Source of the DNA: a virus
Strand: one strand, 5' to 3'
DNA length: 64,000 nt
IMG/VR virus record: IMGVR_UViG_3300050821_011467
Coordinates: 1-64,000 of that record
This document shows positions 18,852 through 28,511 of this stretch, piece after piece (within the stretch, counting starts at the first letter, position 1; each line of letters opens with the position of its first letter). Under the pieces are notes generated by a model that saw nothing but the letters and a program-made list of their open reading frames with translations, did no database searches and was not told the DNA's origin. A program made the translations under genes and the position numbers.

Positions 18852-19403
18852 ATGAACGGGGAAACCTCGGCAGACATCGAAGCGCGCCTGATTAAAATCC
18901 TGAGGCGATTGCGGCCGCGCTTTTTGATCGGCCGCTGCGTCGGGGGGGTGGTGTTAATCGCCGCCGCGGCGATCTTGATCGGTCTTTATCTTGATCCGGG
19001 CTCGCTGCCGACGCGGCTGCATTTTGGCCCGATCATTATCGCTCAGGTCTTTGCGACGCGCCAGATCCACAGCTGGGCCGGCCGGACGGCGGGTGTCGCG
19101 GCTGGTCTGGCGGTTGGCGGTATCGCGCTCAGCGTGACGCTCGTGCTGATGGCTCTGGATGTCCCAAATGCCGGCGACACGCAGTGGTTTGTCAGCCGGG
19201 TTGTTTTCGTGATCGCGGTAATGGCCGGACTGACCTTCCCCACACATAGGTCCGGTAGATCATTTCCTCGAGCGCGGAGGTCACGTTCGGATCAATCGGC
19301 TGGCCTTCGCGACGACGTTTGGTCAGCAGATCATACACGGTCCGAACAATTTCCGCCTCCATCTCGGTTGGCAGCTTTGCGTCGCGCAGACCGCGCCGCA
19401 TAA
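18852..19403 (+). CDS. Multi-pass membrane protein
   Basis: Three to four hydrophobic segments and a GGAGGGG RBS; 3' part overlaps the convergent regulator gene. Confidence 0.4.
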   Translation: MNGETSADIEARLIKILRRLRPRFLIGRCVGGVVLIAAAAILIGLYLDPGSLPTRLHFGPIIIAQVFATRQIHSWAGRTAGVAAGLAVGGIALSVTLVLMALDVPNAGDTQWFVSRVVFVIAVMAGLTFPTHRSGRSFPRARRSRSDQSAGLRDDVWSADHTRSEQFPPPSRLAALRRADRAA

Positions 19404-19659
19404 TTTCCAACGCCATCTGCAGCACGGCCGTCGATACCTCCTCAAACCCCATCGCCTCGGCCAGGCTCCAGTCGGCAGCCCGCGCCAATTTTTCGATCGT
19501 ATCGATCCGCCGACTGGTGCGCGGCGGATGACTAAACGCATCCGGGGCCATCCCGGCAGCGGTCAGTAAATCCCGCACGGGGATGCCGAGTTCGGCGGCG
19601 CGGCGGCGGATCCGGGTCTGAAGGGCCTGCTCCGACCATTCCGGGGTAGACACAGTCAT
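19192..19659 (-). CDS. HTH repressor-like protein
   Basis: RIRRRAAELGIPVRDLLTAAGM...RIDTIEKLARAADWSLAEAMG; divergent from the rightward early operon. Confidence 0.7.
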   Translation of the reverse strand: MTVSTPEWSEQALQTRIRRRAAELGIPVRDLLTAAGMAPDAFSHPPRTSRRIDTIEKLARAADWSLAEAMGFEEVSTAVLQMALEIMRRGLRDAKLPTEMEAEIVRTVYDLLTKRRREGQPIDPNVTSALEEMIYRTYVWGRSVRPLPRSRKQPG

Positions 19660-19756
19660 GGCGCGCCAAGGTGCTGGTTTTAAAGCGAAGGTGTTTATCC
19701 CGGAAATTTATTCCCCGTCGAATAAATTGCCATATTTAATTTTTGCCTGAGCGGCT

Positions 19757-19765
19757 TTATCCACA
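19757..19765 (+). promoter_or_regulatory. Consensus DnaA box TTATCCACA in divergent promoter region
   Basis: Exact 9-mer, followed by a degenerate ATATCCACC copy, in the intergenic region 19660-19867. Confidence 0.45.
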
Positions 19766-19867
19766 GAAATATCCACCTGTAATCTTGCGGCATGCGGCGG
19801 CCCCTGTTGCCAGTTACGTCGGGAAAGACGTAACCTTGACGGCGGCAAATACGCGGGGGGCAAATCG

Positions 19868-20437
19868 ATGAGCGAGGTGCGCGGCGAACTATCCCCAGCC
19901 CCAGCCAGCAACGTCACTCGGGAAACCTTCCTCGGGTTTGTCGAGGAGCTCGACAACGCCGACCAGATGGTCGCCGAGGCGGTCGGCAATCGCAAGGACG
20001 TCTTCAAACGCGCCGAGGGAGCCGGCCTCAAAAAAAGCGCATTGATACAGGCGCGCAAGGTGGCCCAGCAGGCAGGCGAAAAGCGCGAGCAGCACGACCG
20101 CGATTTTCGCCAATACATGCTGTGGTTTGGCAAGCCGCTGGGGTATCAGGGCGATCTGTTCGCCCCCGACGGGCCCGCGCTACGCGCCCGCCCGAGCAAC
20201 GGCGAAGAGATCAGCGAGCACCAGGCCAACCAGATCGCGGCCGAGGGGCGCAAAGCCGGCGAGGCCGGGCGCAACCGCGGCAACAATCCGTGGTCCCCAG
20301 GCACGGATAGCGCCGAACGGTGGGACGCGGGCTGGCTCGAAGGCCAAGCGGCGCTCGCCGCGACGCTGGCGCCGCCTGAGACCCCGCGGCGGCGCGGCCG
20401 CCCGCCGGGCTCGCGCAACCGGCCCAAGCTATCATGA
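19868..20437 (+). CDS. GapR/DUF2312-like DNA-binding protein fused to an Rmf-like motif and an AT-hook
   Basis: FVEELDNADQ.......RKDVFKRAEGAGL...AL...RK......REQ......YM..FG (GapR-like); EGRKAGEAGR....PW.......WDAGWLEG (Rmf-like); RRRGRPPGS. Confidence 0.6.
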   Translation: MSEVRGELSPAPASNVTRETFLGFVEELDNADQMVAEAVGNRKDVFKRAEGAGLKKSALIQARKVAQQAGEKREQHDRDFRQYMLWFGKPLGYQGDLFAPDGPALRARPSNGEEISEHQANQIAAEGRKAGEAGRNRGNNPWSPGTDSAERWDAGWLEGQAALAATLAPPETPRRRGRPPGSRNRPKLS

Positions 20438-20640
20438 CCACACTGGAAGAGCAGATCGCCGCGGTCCGCCGCGAGCTGGCACTGCGCGAACGCGTCTACC
20501 CGCGGTTTGTCGCCAACCGGCAAATGACCAAGGCTAAGGCCGACTACGAGCTGGAGACAATGCGCGCGGTGTTGCGGACGTTGCTCGATGTGAGCGGTGA
20601 TCGCGGCGAACCCGCCAGGGTTGCCGGTTTATTCGATTAA
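20434..20640 (+). CDS. Conserved hypothetical phage protein
   Basis: TLEEQIAAVRRELALRERVYPR.V...M....AD.E...M; ATGA coupling. Confidence 0.7.
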   Translation: MTTLEEQIAAVRRELALRERVYPRFVANRQMTKAKADYELETMRAVLRTLLDVSGDRGEPARVAGLFD

Positions 20641-20812
20641 AACCGGGTGAAAGTCGCATAACCGTGTTTATGAAAAATCCGACCCGAGCATTTCTGCGGA
20701 AAAATCGAATTTCCCGCAAAGCGGGTCCGTCCGATGAATTAACCGCAATAAATTCGGATGGTACCCACTCGTAAAAATAGCATTTGGATCAACCGTCGAT
20801 GAGAGGGGAGAG

Positions 20813-21070
20813 ATGGCTCAAAGCATCCAACCGGTCAGCCGCACATCACAAGGCTTGGTCGACGCGCTGTTTGATACGATCGACAAGCTCAACAGCCATC
20901 AGATCGATGCCGAGCAGGCGCGGGCGATCTCGCACACCGCTCGCACTATCGTCACCGTCGCCGCGCTCGAGCTGGATTTTCGCAAATGGGCTGCCGACGT
21001 CGAGTCGGTGCCGCTGAAATCACTAGTGATCGACAGCGGCGAGGGACCGCCCGCCGAGCCCGCAGCGTGA
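20813..21070 (+). CDS. Hypothetical phage protein
   Basis: GGGGAG RBS; L.DALFDTID.L.......EQARAI pattern. Confidence 0.65.
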   Translation: MAQSIQPVSRTSQGLVDALFDTIDKLNSHQIDAEQARAISHTARTIVTVAALELDFRKWAADVESVPLKSLVIDSGEGPPAEPAA

Positions 21071-21315
21071 TTGTCACACCGCTAACCGGCGCGTGTCGCC
21101 CGCTCTATCCGGTGCATTGCCCGATCTGTGGAAAATTTCTCGGGGCGCTCTATCGCGATGGCCTGAGCCTCAGAGCGGCGGCGAGCCCATGCACTGAGCG
21201 TTGTGTGCGTCTCGCCCGCCATGCCCGAGGCCGCTCGCGCTGGCGGCAACTTCCTTTCCACCTACGCCAGGCATGGCTTGCTGCGGGACTGCTGCAAGAT
21301 GAAGCGAACACCTAA
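21067..21315 (+). CDS. Small Cys-motif protein
   Basis: GTGA coupling; CPICG and CTERC. Confidence 0.4.
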   Translation: MIVTPLTGACRPLYPVHCPICGKFLGALYRDGLSLRAAASPCTERCVRLARHARGRSRWRQLPFHLRQAWLAAGLLQDEANT

Positions 21316-22369
21316 GGACCGGCTGAAGCTCTATTCTCAACTTCTGCCGCAAGCGACGCTTCGCCAACGGGACGGATATGACCCGTTTTTGTGGGAGCAC
21401 ATCAGCCTGCTTTCAGAGGCAACTGTATTTGATTGCCGACAGATGCCGGTGGGATGGGTTCAGAACAGTGGCGACACGGCATGTGACGAGATCGTTGAAA
21501 CCGGAGGACGAGTGCGATTGCCGTTCCCGGTCTGTTACTTTGAATTTTCTGCCGACTCTCCGTTCACGGCCGTACTGGCCGAGGAGGTCGAGGTCTACCC
21601 CACTTCGGCTCTGCCGCCCGGTGCGCCGCCGCTGCCGGGCAAAGCCTACGACAGCTCTTTACATAGGATGATCGATGACCGAGCGGCTGAGATGGACGGC
21701 GAGGTGTTGTGGCGTCGCCCAGCGAGCTCTCTGGGTACCGTCGTCAGAGTGCGGTTCTATTCGAATGTCGATTGGGCGGCGGCGGCAAAGGAGGATCCCG
21801 AGCCGTTCCGCGACATGATGTACGGCGCCCTGTTTAACGGTCTCAGCGCCGATTTTCCCAATGGGGTAATATCTCCAGCTCATCCCGAGGGGGCGTTTTT
21901 TGTGCCGTTTGCCCATTGGGCGGTCCTCGACGCCGATGACGAGCAACAGTGCCGGTTTCTCGCCATCGCAGCGATTTTGTTGATCGGGATAGTCAGTCTG
22001 CTGACCGACAAACTGCTGATCGACAGGTTCGCGCCGGACCCGGCGCCGTGGTGGACGCGCGGGCGGCGCAAAAAGGGCAAGCCGCCGACAAACGGGGACA
22101 CGCACATCCTGACCGTCAACGTGCCTGCGGTGCGCTACGCCGTCAGTCGCAGTGTCGCAATCCGCGGCAATAGCCAAGAGTCACCGGCATTGCACTGGCG
22201 CCGCGGGCATTGGCGCGCCTATCACCGCGGCAGCGAGTTTGAGCATCAGGGCTGGGTGCGGCGCTGTTTGGTTGGCGATCCCGCCAAGGGCTTTGTGCGG
22301 CCTGCGCAATATCGGCTGACCCACGAGCCGCCGCTGCTGCACGTCATTGATGGCGGGCTAGGGCGGTAA
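21299..22369 (+). CDS. Hypothetical protein with C-terminal HWRRGHWR motif
   Basis: SPALHWRRGHWR...WVRRCLVGDP motif recurrent in phage proteins. Confidence 0.65.
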   Translation: MKRTPKDRLKLYSQLLPQATLRQRDGYDPFLWEHISLLSEATVFDCRQMPVGWVQNSGDTACDEIVETGGRVRLPFPVCYFEFSADSPFTAVLAEEVEVYPTSALPPGAPPLPGKAYDSSLHRMIDDRAAEMDGEVLWRRPASSLGTVVRVRFYSNVDWAAAAKEDPEPFRDMMYGALFNGLSADFPNGVISPAHPEGAFFVPFAHWAVLDADDEQQCRFLAIAAILLIGIVSLLTDKLLIDRFAPDPAPWWTRGRRKKGKPPTNGDTHILTVNVPAVRYAVSRSVAIRGNSQESPALHWRRGHWRAYHRGSEFEHQGWVRRCLVGDPAKGFVRPAQYRLTHEPPLLHVIDGGLGR

Positions 22370-22768
22370 CAGAGGGGGTGACGATGATCAACCCGGTCAC
22401 CGACCGGCATCCCGGTGTTTGGCCGCACGGTCTGGCTGGCGGCTTTATCCTGCTGCTGGCACTGTCACTGTGGTGGCTGATCCTGTGGGCCGCCATTGGG
22501 ATTTTCGGGTGAGGGCTAGTCGGGCAGACGTCGAAGTCGGCGTAGCGGCAATCCGAGATAGGTGCGCTGCGGCACAAAATCATGGTCGCGATGATAACGC
22601 GACTCGAACACGTAGCCACCCTGGAACTCCCGGCACCATTTGCACCGGCAAAACTGCCGCTTTTTGTCGTCGCGGTAAAAGACCCGGCGCTTGATCATGA
22701 CTCGACGTATGCGCCAGCGGCGCAATAGCTCGGTGGCCGCGGCCATCTCCTCACGGGTTCCAGGGGGG

Positions 22769-23035
22769 TCAAGTCCCAAAGCCGATCGGCTCCCAATAGC
22801 GCGCCTCGTCGCCGCAATAGACCTGCTTGGTGCGCGGGTCCGTCTCCCAGGATCGTGCGGTTTGACAGTCCAGATGCCACGCCGGTCTGATTTCGCCGGT
22901 GACGCGGCTCGGCGGGCTTGCGGGCATCAGCGAGCTCGAATGCCGACATTCCCAGTCATAGACGCGCTGCATTGACAAGTCGGCAGCGCGGGTGACCGCC
23001 CAGCGGCAGTCCTTGCACAGCTTGGGTTCCGTCAT
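22769..23035 (-). CDS. Small Cys-rich phage protein
   Basis: LCKDCRW...C...C..AR...CGDEARYWEP. Confidence 0.65.
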   Translation of the reverse strand: MTEPKLCKDCRWAVTRAADLSMQRVYDWECRHSSSLMPASPPSRVTGEIRPAWHLDCQTARSWETDPRTKQVYCGDEARYWEPIGFGT

Positions 23036-23307
23036 TCGCGTTCTATGCGCGCGAGGATTTCCTCGGGTTTGAGACCCTCCTCATAATCTTCCGCGATCCA
23101 GTACCAATTGTCCTGGATCCATTCGGGCAGATATTCAATTGTGAGATCGGGGGCCTCGTTATGGTCGACGGTAGCGATGATGATATGATTGGCGAAGATG
23201 GTCCATTGGGAGGGATAGCCGCCCTGCGCGTCAAGCCGCCCACTGTCCTGGCACTCCATTATTAGATTTGCCATCTTTTTTAATTGTTTCCAGTTGATCG
23301 AGTTCAT
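23032..23307 (-). CDS. Hypothetical protein
   Basis: Translationally coupled within the leftward operon. Confidence 0.6.
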   Translation of the reverse strand: MNSINWKQLKKMANLIMECQDSGRLDAQGGYPSQWTIFANHIIIATVDHNEAPDLTIEYLPEWIQDNWYWIAEDYEEGLKPEEILARIERE

Positions 23308-23957
23308 AGCTGTTCGCCGGTGCCGTCGCCAGGCATGCTCGCCAGAAACTTTCTGGCATCTCGAGCCGCAGCGATTAGCTGAATATTGAGATTTCCGAGA
23401 GCGCCGACCATATTTGTCAGCGTCAGCTCAATCGAGCGTTCGATCCCGATGAATTTCATGAACTGCGCTGGGGCACGTTTCGTGATTTTCTCGTCACGCA
23501 TGAGCTTGCCAATGCGACTCCAATGAACAAGTTGATTTTCCATATAAAGCCTTGTCCTCGCAGCCAAGTCGTCTGGCATCTTTTCGAGGTGCTTGGTCAT
23601 CAGGCGTATCTCGTAATTGATGCCCCGTTTGTTGGATTTAATCGAAAACGGCGGCCAAATCGTCTTGCCAAATTCCGCCGCCCGATTGATCATGGCACGA
23701 ATTTCCTGGCGCTTCGCGCCCCGGCCTCGGGCAAAGATTGGGTCGACATCATTATCTGGCGGCAGCTCACCGACTTCCATGAGCCACTTGTCAAACTCCT
23801 GGATGCTAAGCAGGAATAGCTGGTCTTCAGACAATTCCGCCTCGGCAAAGCGATCAGAGAAATCTTCCATAAAGGCCTCCGCGAAGAATGCCTCCCGCGT
23901 GACCGCTGCTTCGTCAGTTTGTTCAAAGAGTTCGGGCAGGTTGTTGGATTTTGTCAT
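23304..23957 (-). CDS. Hypothetical protein
   Basis: AAAGGAG RBS; 217-aa ORF of lower GC. Confidence 0.7.
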   Translation of the reverse strand: MTKSNNLPELFEQTDEAAVTREAFFAEAFMEDFSDRFAEAELSEDQLFLLSIQEFDKWLMEVGELPPDNDVDPIFARGRGAKRQEIRAMINRAAEFGKTIWPPFSIKSNKRGINYEIRLMTKHLEKMPDDLAARTRLYMENQLVHWSRIGKLMRDEKITKRAPAQFMKFIGIERSIELTLTNMVGALGNLNIQLIAAARDARKFLASMPGDGTGEQL

Positions 23958-23986
23958 TTTGATGCTTCTCCTTTGCGGGTTGGGAA

Positions 23987-25636
23987 TTACTGACGGGAGA
24001 TCGCCGACCGGAGCAGAGTAACCTGCCCGGGGATCTCCTTTGCGCCGCGGACATAGCCACTTTTGGCGCGCAACCGTTCGATTTCATCGGTTGCGTGCAT
24101 TTCTAGAGAACGTAGTTTTTCTTCAAAATCGTCTGGCGGGCTGGCACCCTTGTCCAGTAGATCCATCATCTTGGCGACGGCGCCGAATACCGTAGCCGCG
24201 CCTCTTATTGCATTTGCCAACTCGACCTTGAAACTTTCACCGAGGGTACGGGCGCGGCGTTCGTCTTCGCGGGCCGCGCGCTGGTTCTGTTCCAGAAAGC
24301 CCCGGATATAAGAGCCGACGTAGTTCGCCGACAGATGTTCGAGCGCCGACCTGCCCCTATTATCCTTTTCGAATTGCTCGCACATACGCTTAACGAGGGC
24401 CAGCTGCTCGGTGATCGGAAACCAATGCCGGTCATTCGGGTCGGTCACCAACTCACGGAACCGGCTCAAGCAGTTATGATTGCGGAAGTATGGCACGATG
24501 CGGCTGTCGAGCAGAGGATCGGCCTGAGCCGCTTTGGCGGCTAAAGCAAAAAGTTCGGCCTCCTTTTCTTCAGCGGCTAGGCGACGCTTTTCGCGCAGCT
24601 CATTCTGCATTTTCTCGTGTTCACGTTGATCTTTGTCTTTGGCCGCTTGCTCGCGCTCGCGCTGCTCGCGTGCCACTTGTTCGCGGGTCAGTGCCGCGGC
24701 GGCTTCTTGTTCTTGTCGCTGAGCATCTTCGGCCTTGCGTTTTTGTTCCCGCGCCAATTTATCCTGTTGTCGCCGCTGAGCATCCTGCCAAGCCCATTCG
24801 GCTGCCTCGGCGTCCCGGCGAGCGCGTTCCTGACGTTCGCGTTCTTTCCTCTCCCGCTCTAGGGCTTCGCGTTCCTGGCGCTCGGCTTCCTCTTGCTCGC
24901 GCTTGAGACGCCTCTCTTCAGCTTCACGCACCAGGGTCTCGATACGCAGCCGTTCGGTCTCCTCGATAGCACGTTCTTGCCGCACCTTTTCGGTGACCTG
25001 TTCGATGATCCGCTGATAGCCGCCATCGACCTTGAGCGTGGCGATGGAGCTGCGGATCTCGGTAGCGTCCAAACTGCCGGCGGGCGCGTATTTTAGGATC
25101 AGATCCCGACCGATCCCGTCGCCCTTGAGCAGTGTGCCGCGAGCAACCTCAAACGCCTTCTGGCTGTTGAATAACCTCTCTGCGTCGGATCTCTGGAGAA
25201 TTCTCCAGAGATCCTCCAGGCTCTCAGCCCGCAGCAGAAAGTACGCCACCCTTCGGGTGATGGCGGCGACGCTATCGAGCGAGGCGGCGGAATTGTTGAC
25301 CCGTTGCGTGCCGTTCTCTACGGCCAGCATCAGGATCATCTCGTCGTCGTCGTGGGGGCCGACCTCGAGCCGGATTGTTTTGTAGCCGAGGCGCTTGGCG
25401 GCGTCCTTGCGGTGGTGACCGAAGCAGATTTCGTAACTATTCGGTTCCTTTGCCGGGCGCGCCGGCATGGCATGCCAAAGGCCGGTATCGGCGGGAACTC
25501 CGGTTTCCGAAAAGGCTTGAAGCGAAGCCATGAGCCGCGCGATCTGCGCTTCGTCTATCGGGTAGTTCGTGAAATCGCGATAGGGGTTGTCGAGCACCCG
25601 ATCGATATCGGCCTCGACAATGACAGTTTTGGGCAT
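23987..25636 (-). CDS. ParB/Srx-like N-terminal domain protein with long coiled coil
   Basis: NPYR...I..LMASL...EICFGHHRKDAAKRLG...LAVEN.TQR (GxxR motif); Glu/Arg-rich coiled coil; AAGGAGG RBS. Confidence 0.75.
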   Translation of the reverse strand: MPKTVIVEADIDRVLDNPYRDFTNYPIDEAQIARLMASLQAFSETGVPADTGLWHAMPARPAKEPNSYEICFGHHRKDAAKRLGYKTIRLEVGPHDDDEMILMLAVENGTQRVNNSAASLDSVAAITRRVAYFLLRAESLEDLWRILQRSDAERLFNSQKAFEVARGTLLKGDGIGRDLILKYAPAGSLDATEIRSSIATLKVDGGYQRIIEQVTEKVRQERAIEETERLRIETLVREAEERRLKREQEEAERQEREALERERKERERQERARRDAEAAEWAWQDAQRRQQDKLAREQKRKAEDAQRQEQEAAAALTREQVAREQREREQAAKDKDQREHEKMQNELREKRRLAAEEKEAELFALAAKAAQADPLLDSRIVPYFRNHNCLSRFRELVTDPNDRHWFPITEQLALVKRMCEQFEKDNRGRSALEHLSANYVGSYIRGFLEQNQRAAREDERRARTLGESFKVELANAIRGAATVFGAVAKMMDLLDKGASPPDDFEEKLRSLEMHATDEIERLRAKSGYVRGAKEIPGQVTLLRSAISRQ

Positions 25637-25756
25637 ATTTTGCCTCCTTGATCTATAAAGCTGCTCCGGCAAAACAGCATGAGCGTTTATAGTGATGGCA
25701 CTCTGTTATTTCAGATTTGGCTCGTCAAGCCGGTTTCTGCGGTTTACGCAAAATAA

Positions 25757-25800
25757 AAATAATGAATTATTTGAAACTCGCGCTATGAATATTATTATTT
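25757..25800. promoter_or_regulatory. AT-rich imperfect inverted repeat, copy 1 of a shared operator-like element
   Basis: TGAATATTATTATTT at 25786-25800 is identical to 35496-35510. Confidence 0.5.
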
Positions 25801-25813
25801 CTCGGAGGCTACG

Positions 25814-26077
25814 ATGATCTGGCGTGACGCCGCCCGACAGTTCGGGTTACCAACCCTCTTTGTGCTGGTGTGGACGGCGGCTATTCTTGCGTGGGTGGGC
25901 GTCTTCAATGCGCTCCCACTGCCCGACAGCAAGATCAGCCGGCCCGACAGCAAGATCAGCCGGCTATGTGACGAGCAGGTGCAGCAAGTGCTGACGACAA
26001 CAGACCCGGTCGAGCTGCAGCGCGCGATCTTTCTGGTCGGCTGGTTCAATTGCGCCATCGGGCGGCGGCTGCCGTGA
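25814..26077 (+). CDS. Small membrane-anchored protein
   Basis: GGAGG RBS; TM helix; 21-bp tandem duplication encoding PDSKISR twice. Confidence 0.55.
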   Translation: MIWRDAARQFGLPTLFVLVWTAAILAWVGVFNALPLPDSKISRPDSKISRLCDEQVQQVLTTTDPVELQRAIFLVGWFNCAIGRRLP

Positions 26078-26511
26078 CCGCCCGCCCGTTCCGCCTGACC
26101 GCGCCCGAGCCGCTCGAGCAGACGATTCAGGAGCAGGTTTGCGCGGCTTTAGACGCTTTGCTGTTGCCGCCGGCCTTCTGGTTCAGCGCCGGGATCGGCG
26201 CCACCAAATTGACACCGCAGCAGGCCAAAGCGCTGAGCCGGAAAGGTATTAAACGCGGGCTTCCCGATTTATTCTGCGTCTACCAGGGGCTGATTTTTGG
26301 GATCGAGCTGAAGACCCGTACGGGGCGTCTTTCGAAAACACGCGTGGTGCACACCCGCCGCGGGAGCCCCCGGGTGCTGGAAGGCCAAGAGGAGGTATTT
26401 CCGCGGCTGCGGGAGGCTGGGATGACGATCGCCGTTTGCCGCTCGGTCGACGAGGCGCTGGACCAGATTGCCCGGTGGGGCATCCCGTTGCGCGGGAGGC
26501 TCGCCGCATAA
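26074..26511 (+). CDS. VRR-NUC (PD-(D/E)XK) nuclease / resolvase
   Basis: EQTIQ...GIKRGLPDL...IELKTRTGRLS...Q......L...G..IAVCRSVDE. Confidence 0.85.
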   Translation: MTARPFRLTAPEPLEQTIQEQVCAALDALLLPPAFWFSAGIGATKLTPQQAKALSRKGIKRGLPDLFCVYQGLIFGIELKTRTGRLSKTRVVHTRRGSPRVLEGQEEVFPRLREAGMTIAVCRSVDEALDQIARWGIPLRGRLAA

Positions 26512-26527
26512 ACCGCCGGCTGGGGGC

Positions 26528-27673
26528 TTAAGACATTGTGACGGCGGCGCGGCCCCGGCGCGTCAGCGCGATCAGCCCTAACACCAGCGTGGCTAGCGCA
26601 CCCGACAACACCAGCACACCCTGCCAACCGACCAGCGGCAACGCCATCCCGGGGACTTGCACGCCGATCAGGGCGCCGACATTGAAGATCGTGTTGGCCA
26701 GCGCCACCGGCCGGGCTCGCACATCCGGCGGGGTGTATTGCGTGGCCCAGACAATCGCGGTGGGCAGCGTAATCCCGTAGCCGACGGCAAAGCAGAGACC
26801 GGCGGCCAGCGCGGCACCCTGCGACAATGGCGCGACACTGGTCGCGAGCAGCACGTAAAACCCGGCGCCGTATGCGGTCAGTGCCAGGCCGATCGCCAGC
26901 GGCGGTCCGAGCCGCTGCAACTGTTGCAGCTGCAGACGCACCGCTAACAATCCCGCGGCAAACGGTACAAAAAACCACGCGACGGGGATGTGACGCTCGG
27001 TCAATAGGATCGGCAAAAAACTGGTGGCAAATGTAACGCCCAGACCCGACACGGCGGCCGCCAGATTGGGCAGCAACAGCCGCCGATCGGTGATCAAGCT
27101 AAGGTAACCGGCGGGATTTTTGGGGGTTTCGCCGGGAATTGTCGGCAACAGCCAGGTGAGCCCCATCGCTGCGGCCAGCGGGAGCAGCGCCAGAACAAAA
27201 ACCATGCTCTCGCCGGCTTGGTTCAACAACCATTCAGTCAGCGCCGGGGCATAAAAGTTGGGGACCATAAACATCAACGAGAACATGCCGATGGCCCGCC
27301 CGCGCTCGGCTTCGCCGACCACCGCTTGGGCGTATATCTGACCGGCCGGCATGATGCAGGCGGCGGCAATCCCGCGGGCGATATTGACAATCATCGCCGG
27401 CGGCAATTGATCCAGGCAAAACGGCAACGCAGCGATACCGGCGATTGCAAACAAGCCGGCCAACCGGATCACCCGCAACGGGCCATGCCGCGCGCTGAGC
27501 CAGCCGGCCACCGGGATCATCGCGATCATCGTCACGGCAGACGCCGAAAATACCGCGGCGATTGCCGACGGCGCCATCCCGTGATTGTGCAATATCACGC
27601 CCAAGAGGATCATCAGCGAGCTTGATGAGCCCCACAAAAATCCGATCAGCAGTAGGATGGTGAAAGGTCGCAA
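26528..27673 (-). CDS. MFS transporter
   Basis: About 12 hydrophobic segments; motif A-like AGWLSARHGPLRV; ERGRAIG. Confidence 0.85.
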   Translation of the reverse strand: MRPFTILLLIGFLWGSSSSLMILLGVILHNHGMAPSAIAAVFSASAVTMIAMIPVAGWLSARHGPLRVIRLAGLFAIAGIAALPFCLDQLPPAMIVNIARGIAAACIMPAGQIYAQAVVGEAERGRAIGMFSLMFMVPNFYAPALTEWLLNQAGESMVFVLALLPLAAAMGLTWLLPTIPGETPKNPAGYLSLITDRRLLLPNLAAAVSGLGVTFATSFLPILLTERHIPVAWFFVPFAAGLLAVRLQLQQLQRLGPPLAIGLALTAYGAGFYVLLATSVAPLSQGAALAAGLCFAVGYGITLPTAIVWATQYTPPDVRARPVALANTIFNVGALIGVQVPGMALPLVGWQGVLVLSGALATLVLGLIALTRRGRAAVTMS

Positions 27674-27680
27674 GAATGCA

Positions 27681-28163
27681 TCACAGGTAGGTCACATTGC
27701 TTTCCCCATCCGGAGCAGCCATGCCTCGATCGGTGGCAATCCCCGGACAGCGCAGGCACGCCGCCTTGCCCTCCTGATTAAACCAGAGACAGCTTGGGCG
27801 GATTGAGCAGGGCGGCACCCGCACGACTACCGGGTCGAATTGTTCGATGACCCGTTTGGCCAGCGAGCAGGCATCGCCGGTCCAATGACGACAACCACCC
27901 TCTTGGCAATTCGCCGAGATCCGCACAACGGCGCGTGGACTCACCCCATCCGGTAGATTTCGCGGTACCCCAGGCAGTGGCTTGGACAAATACCTAACCC
28001 ACGGCTGCTCGGGGGTGCCGCCAATGATGCCAAAAGTGCGCGCCTCAGGCCAATATTCGGGGGCTGAGGGACATTGCGGCTTTGGGGCGGGCTCTTTGGG
28101 CAGGGGTGCTTCGGGATCTTCCAGTACAGACCCGAGCGCCTCGAAGTCTATCAGATAATCCAT
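27681..28163 (-). CDS. Cys-rich protein, probable metal/Fe-S binding
   Basis: CPSA...C...GC.HW....CSLA...C.IRPSC.WF.QEGKAACLRCP; GGAGG RBS. Confidence 0.75.
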   Translation of the reverse strand: MDYLIDFEALGSVLEDPEAPLPKEPAPKPQCPSAPEYWPEARTFGIIGGTPEQPWVRYLSKPLPGVPRNLPDGVSPRAVVRISANCQEGGCRHWTGDACSLAKRVIEQFDPVVVRVPPCSIRPSCLWFNQEGKAACLRCPGIATDRGMAAPDGESNVTYL

Positions 28164-28193
28164 CACTACCTCCTCCAAAGAGCCCGCGAGTCT

Positions 28194-28400
28194 CTAGTTC
28201 GACGGGTGGTCTTTGGATATGGCGCCCGAGCCGCCGACGCGGATGACCTGCTGGTCGGGCTGTTGCTGCATGCGCTCGGCAACCGCTCGTTCGATCGCCT
28301 GCCGAATTAGATTAGGCACTTCGTTGTATGCGGCCACGGCGATACCGCCGGCGCTGGCCGCAGCGATGCCGATCGAAAGGTAAGCAGTGGTTTTTTTCAC
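28194..28400 (-). CDS. Small peptide with signal-like leader (possible precursor)
   Basis: AAGGAG RBS 8 nt before GTG; MKKTTAYLSIGIAAASAGGIAVAA...VIRVGGSGAISKDHPSN. Confidence 0.6.
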   Translation of the reverse strand: MKKTTAYLSIGIAAASAGGIAVAAYNEVPNLIRQAIERAVAERMQQQPDQQVIRVGGSGAISKDHPSN

Positions 28401-28511
28401 AATCAACACTCCTTGGTGTGTAGGCCCTAAATTCTTTCACAAATTTTTAAGATGTGCAACAGGCACCTTAGGTCACGTGGCTTGCCAAGCGTTGTTGTGC
28501 TTTAATGCGGG

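Noticed and set aside
20630-20790. CtrA binding boxes (TTAA-N7-TTAA)
   Set aside because: Only half-sites or mismatched versions (TTAA-N7-TGAA, TTAACC) were found, too weak in an AT-rich spacer
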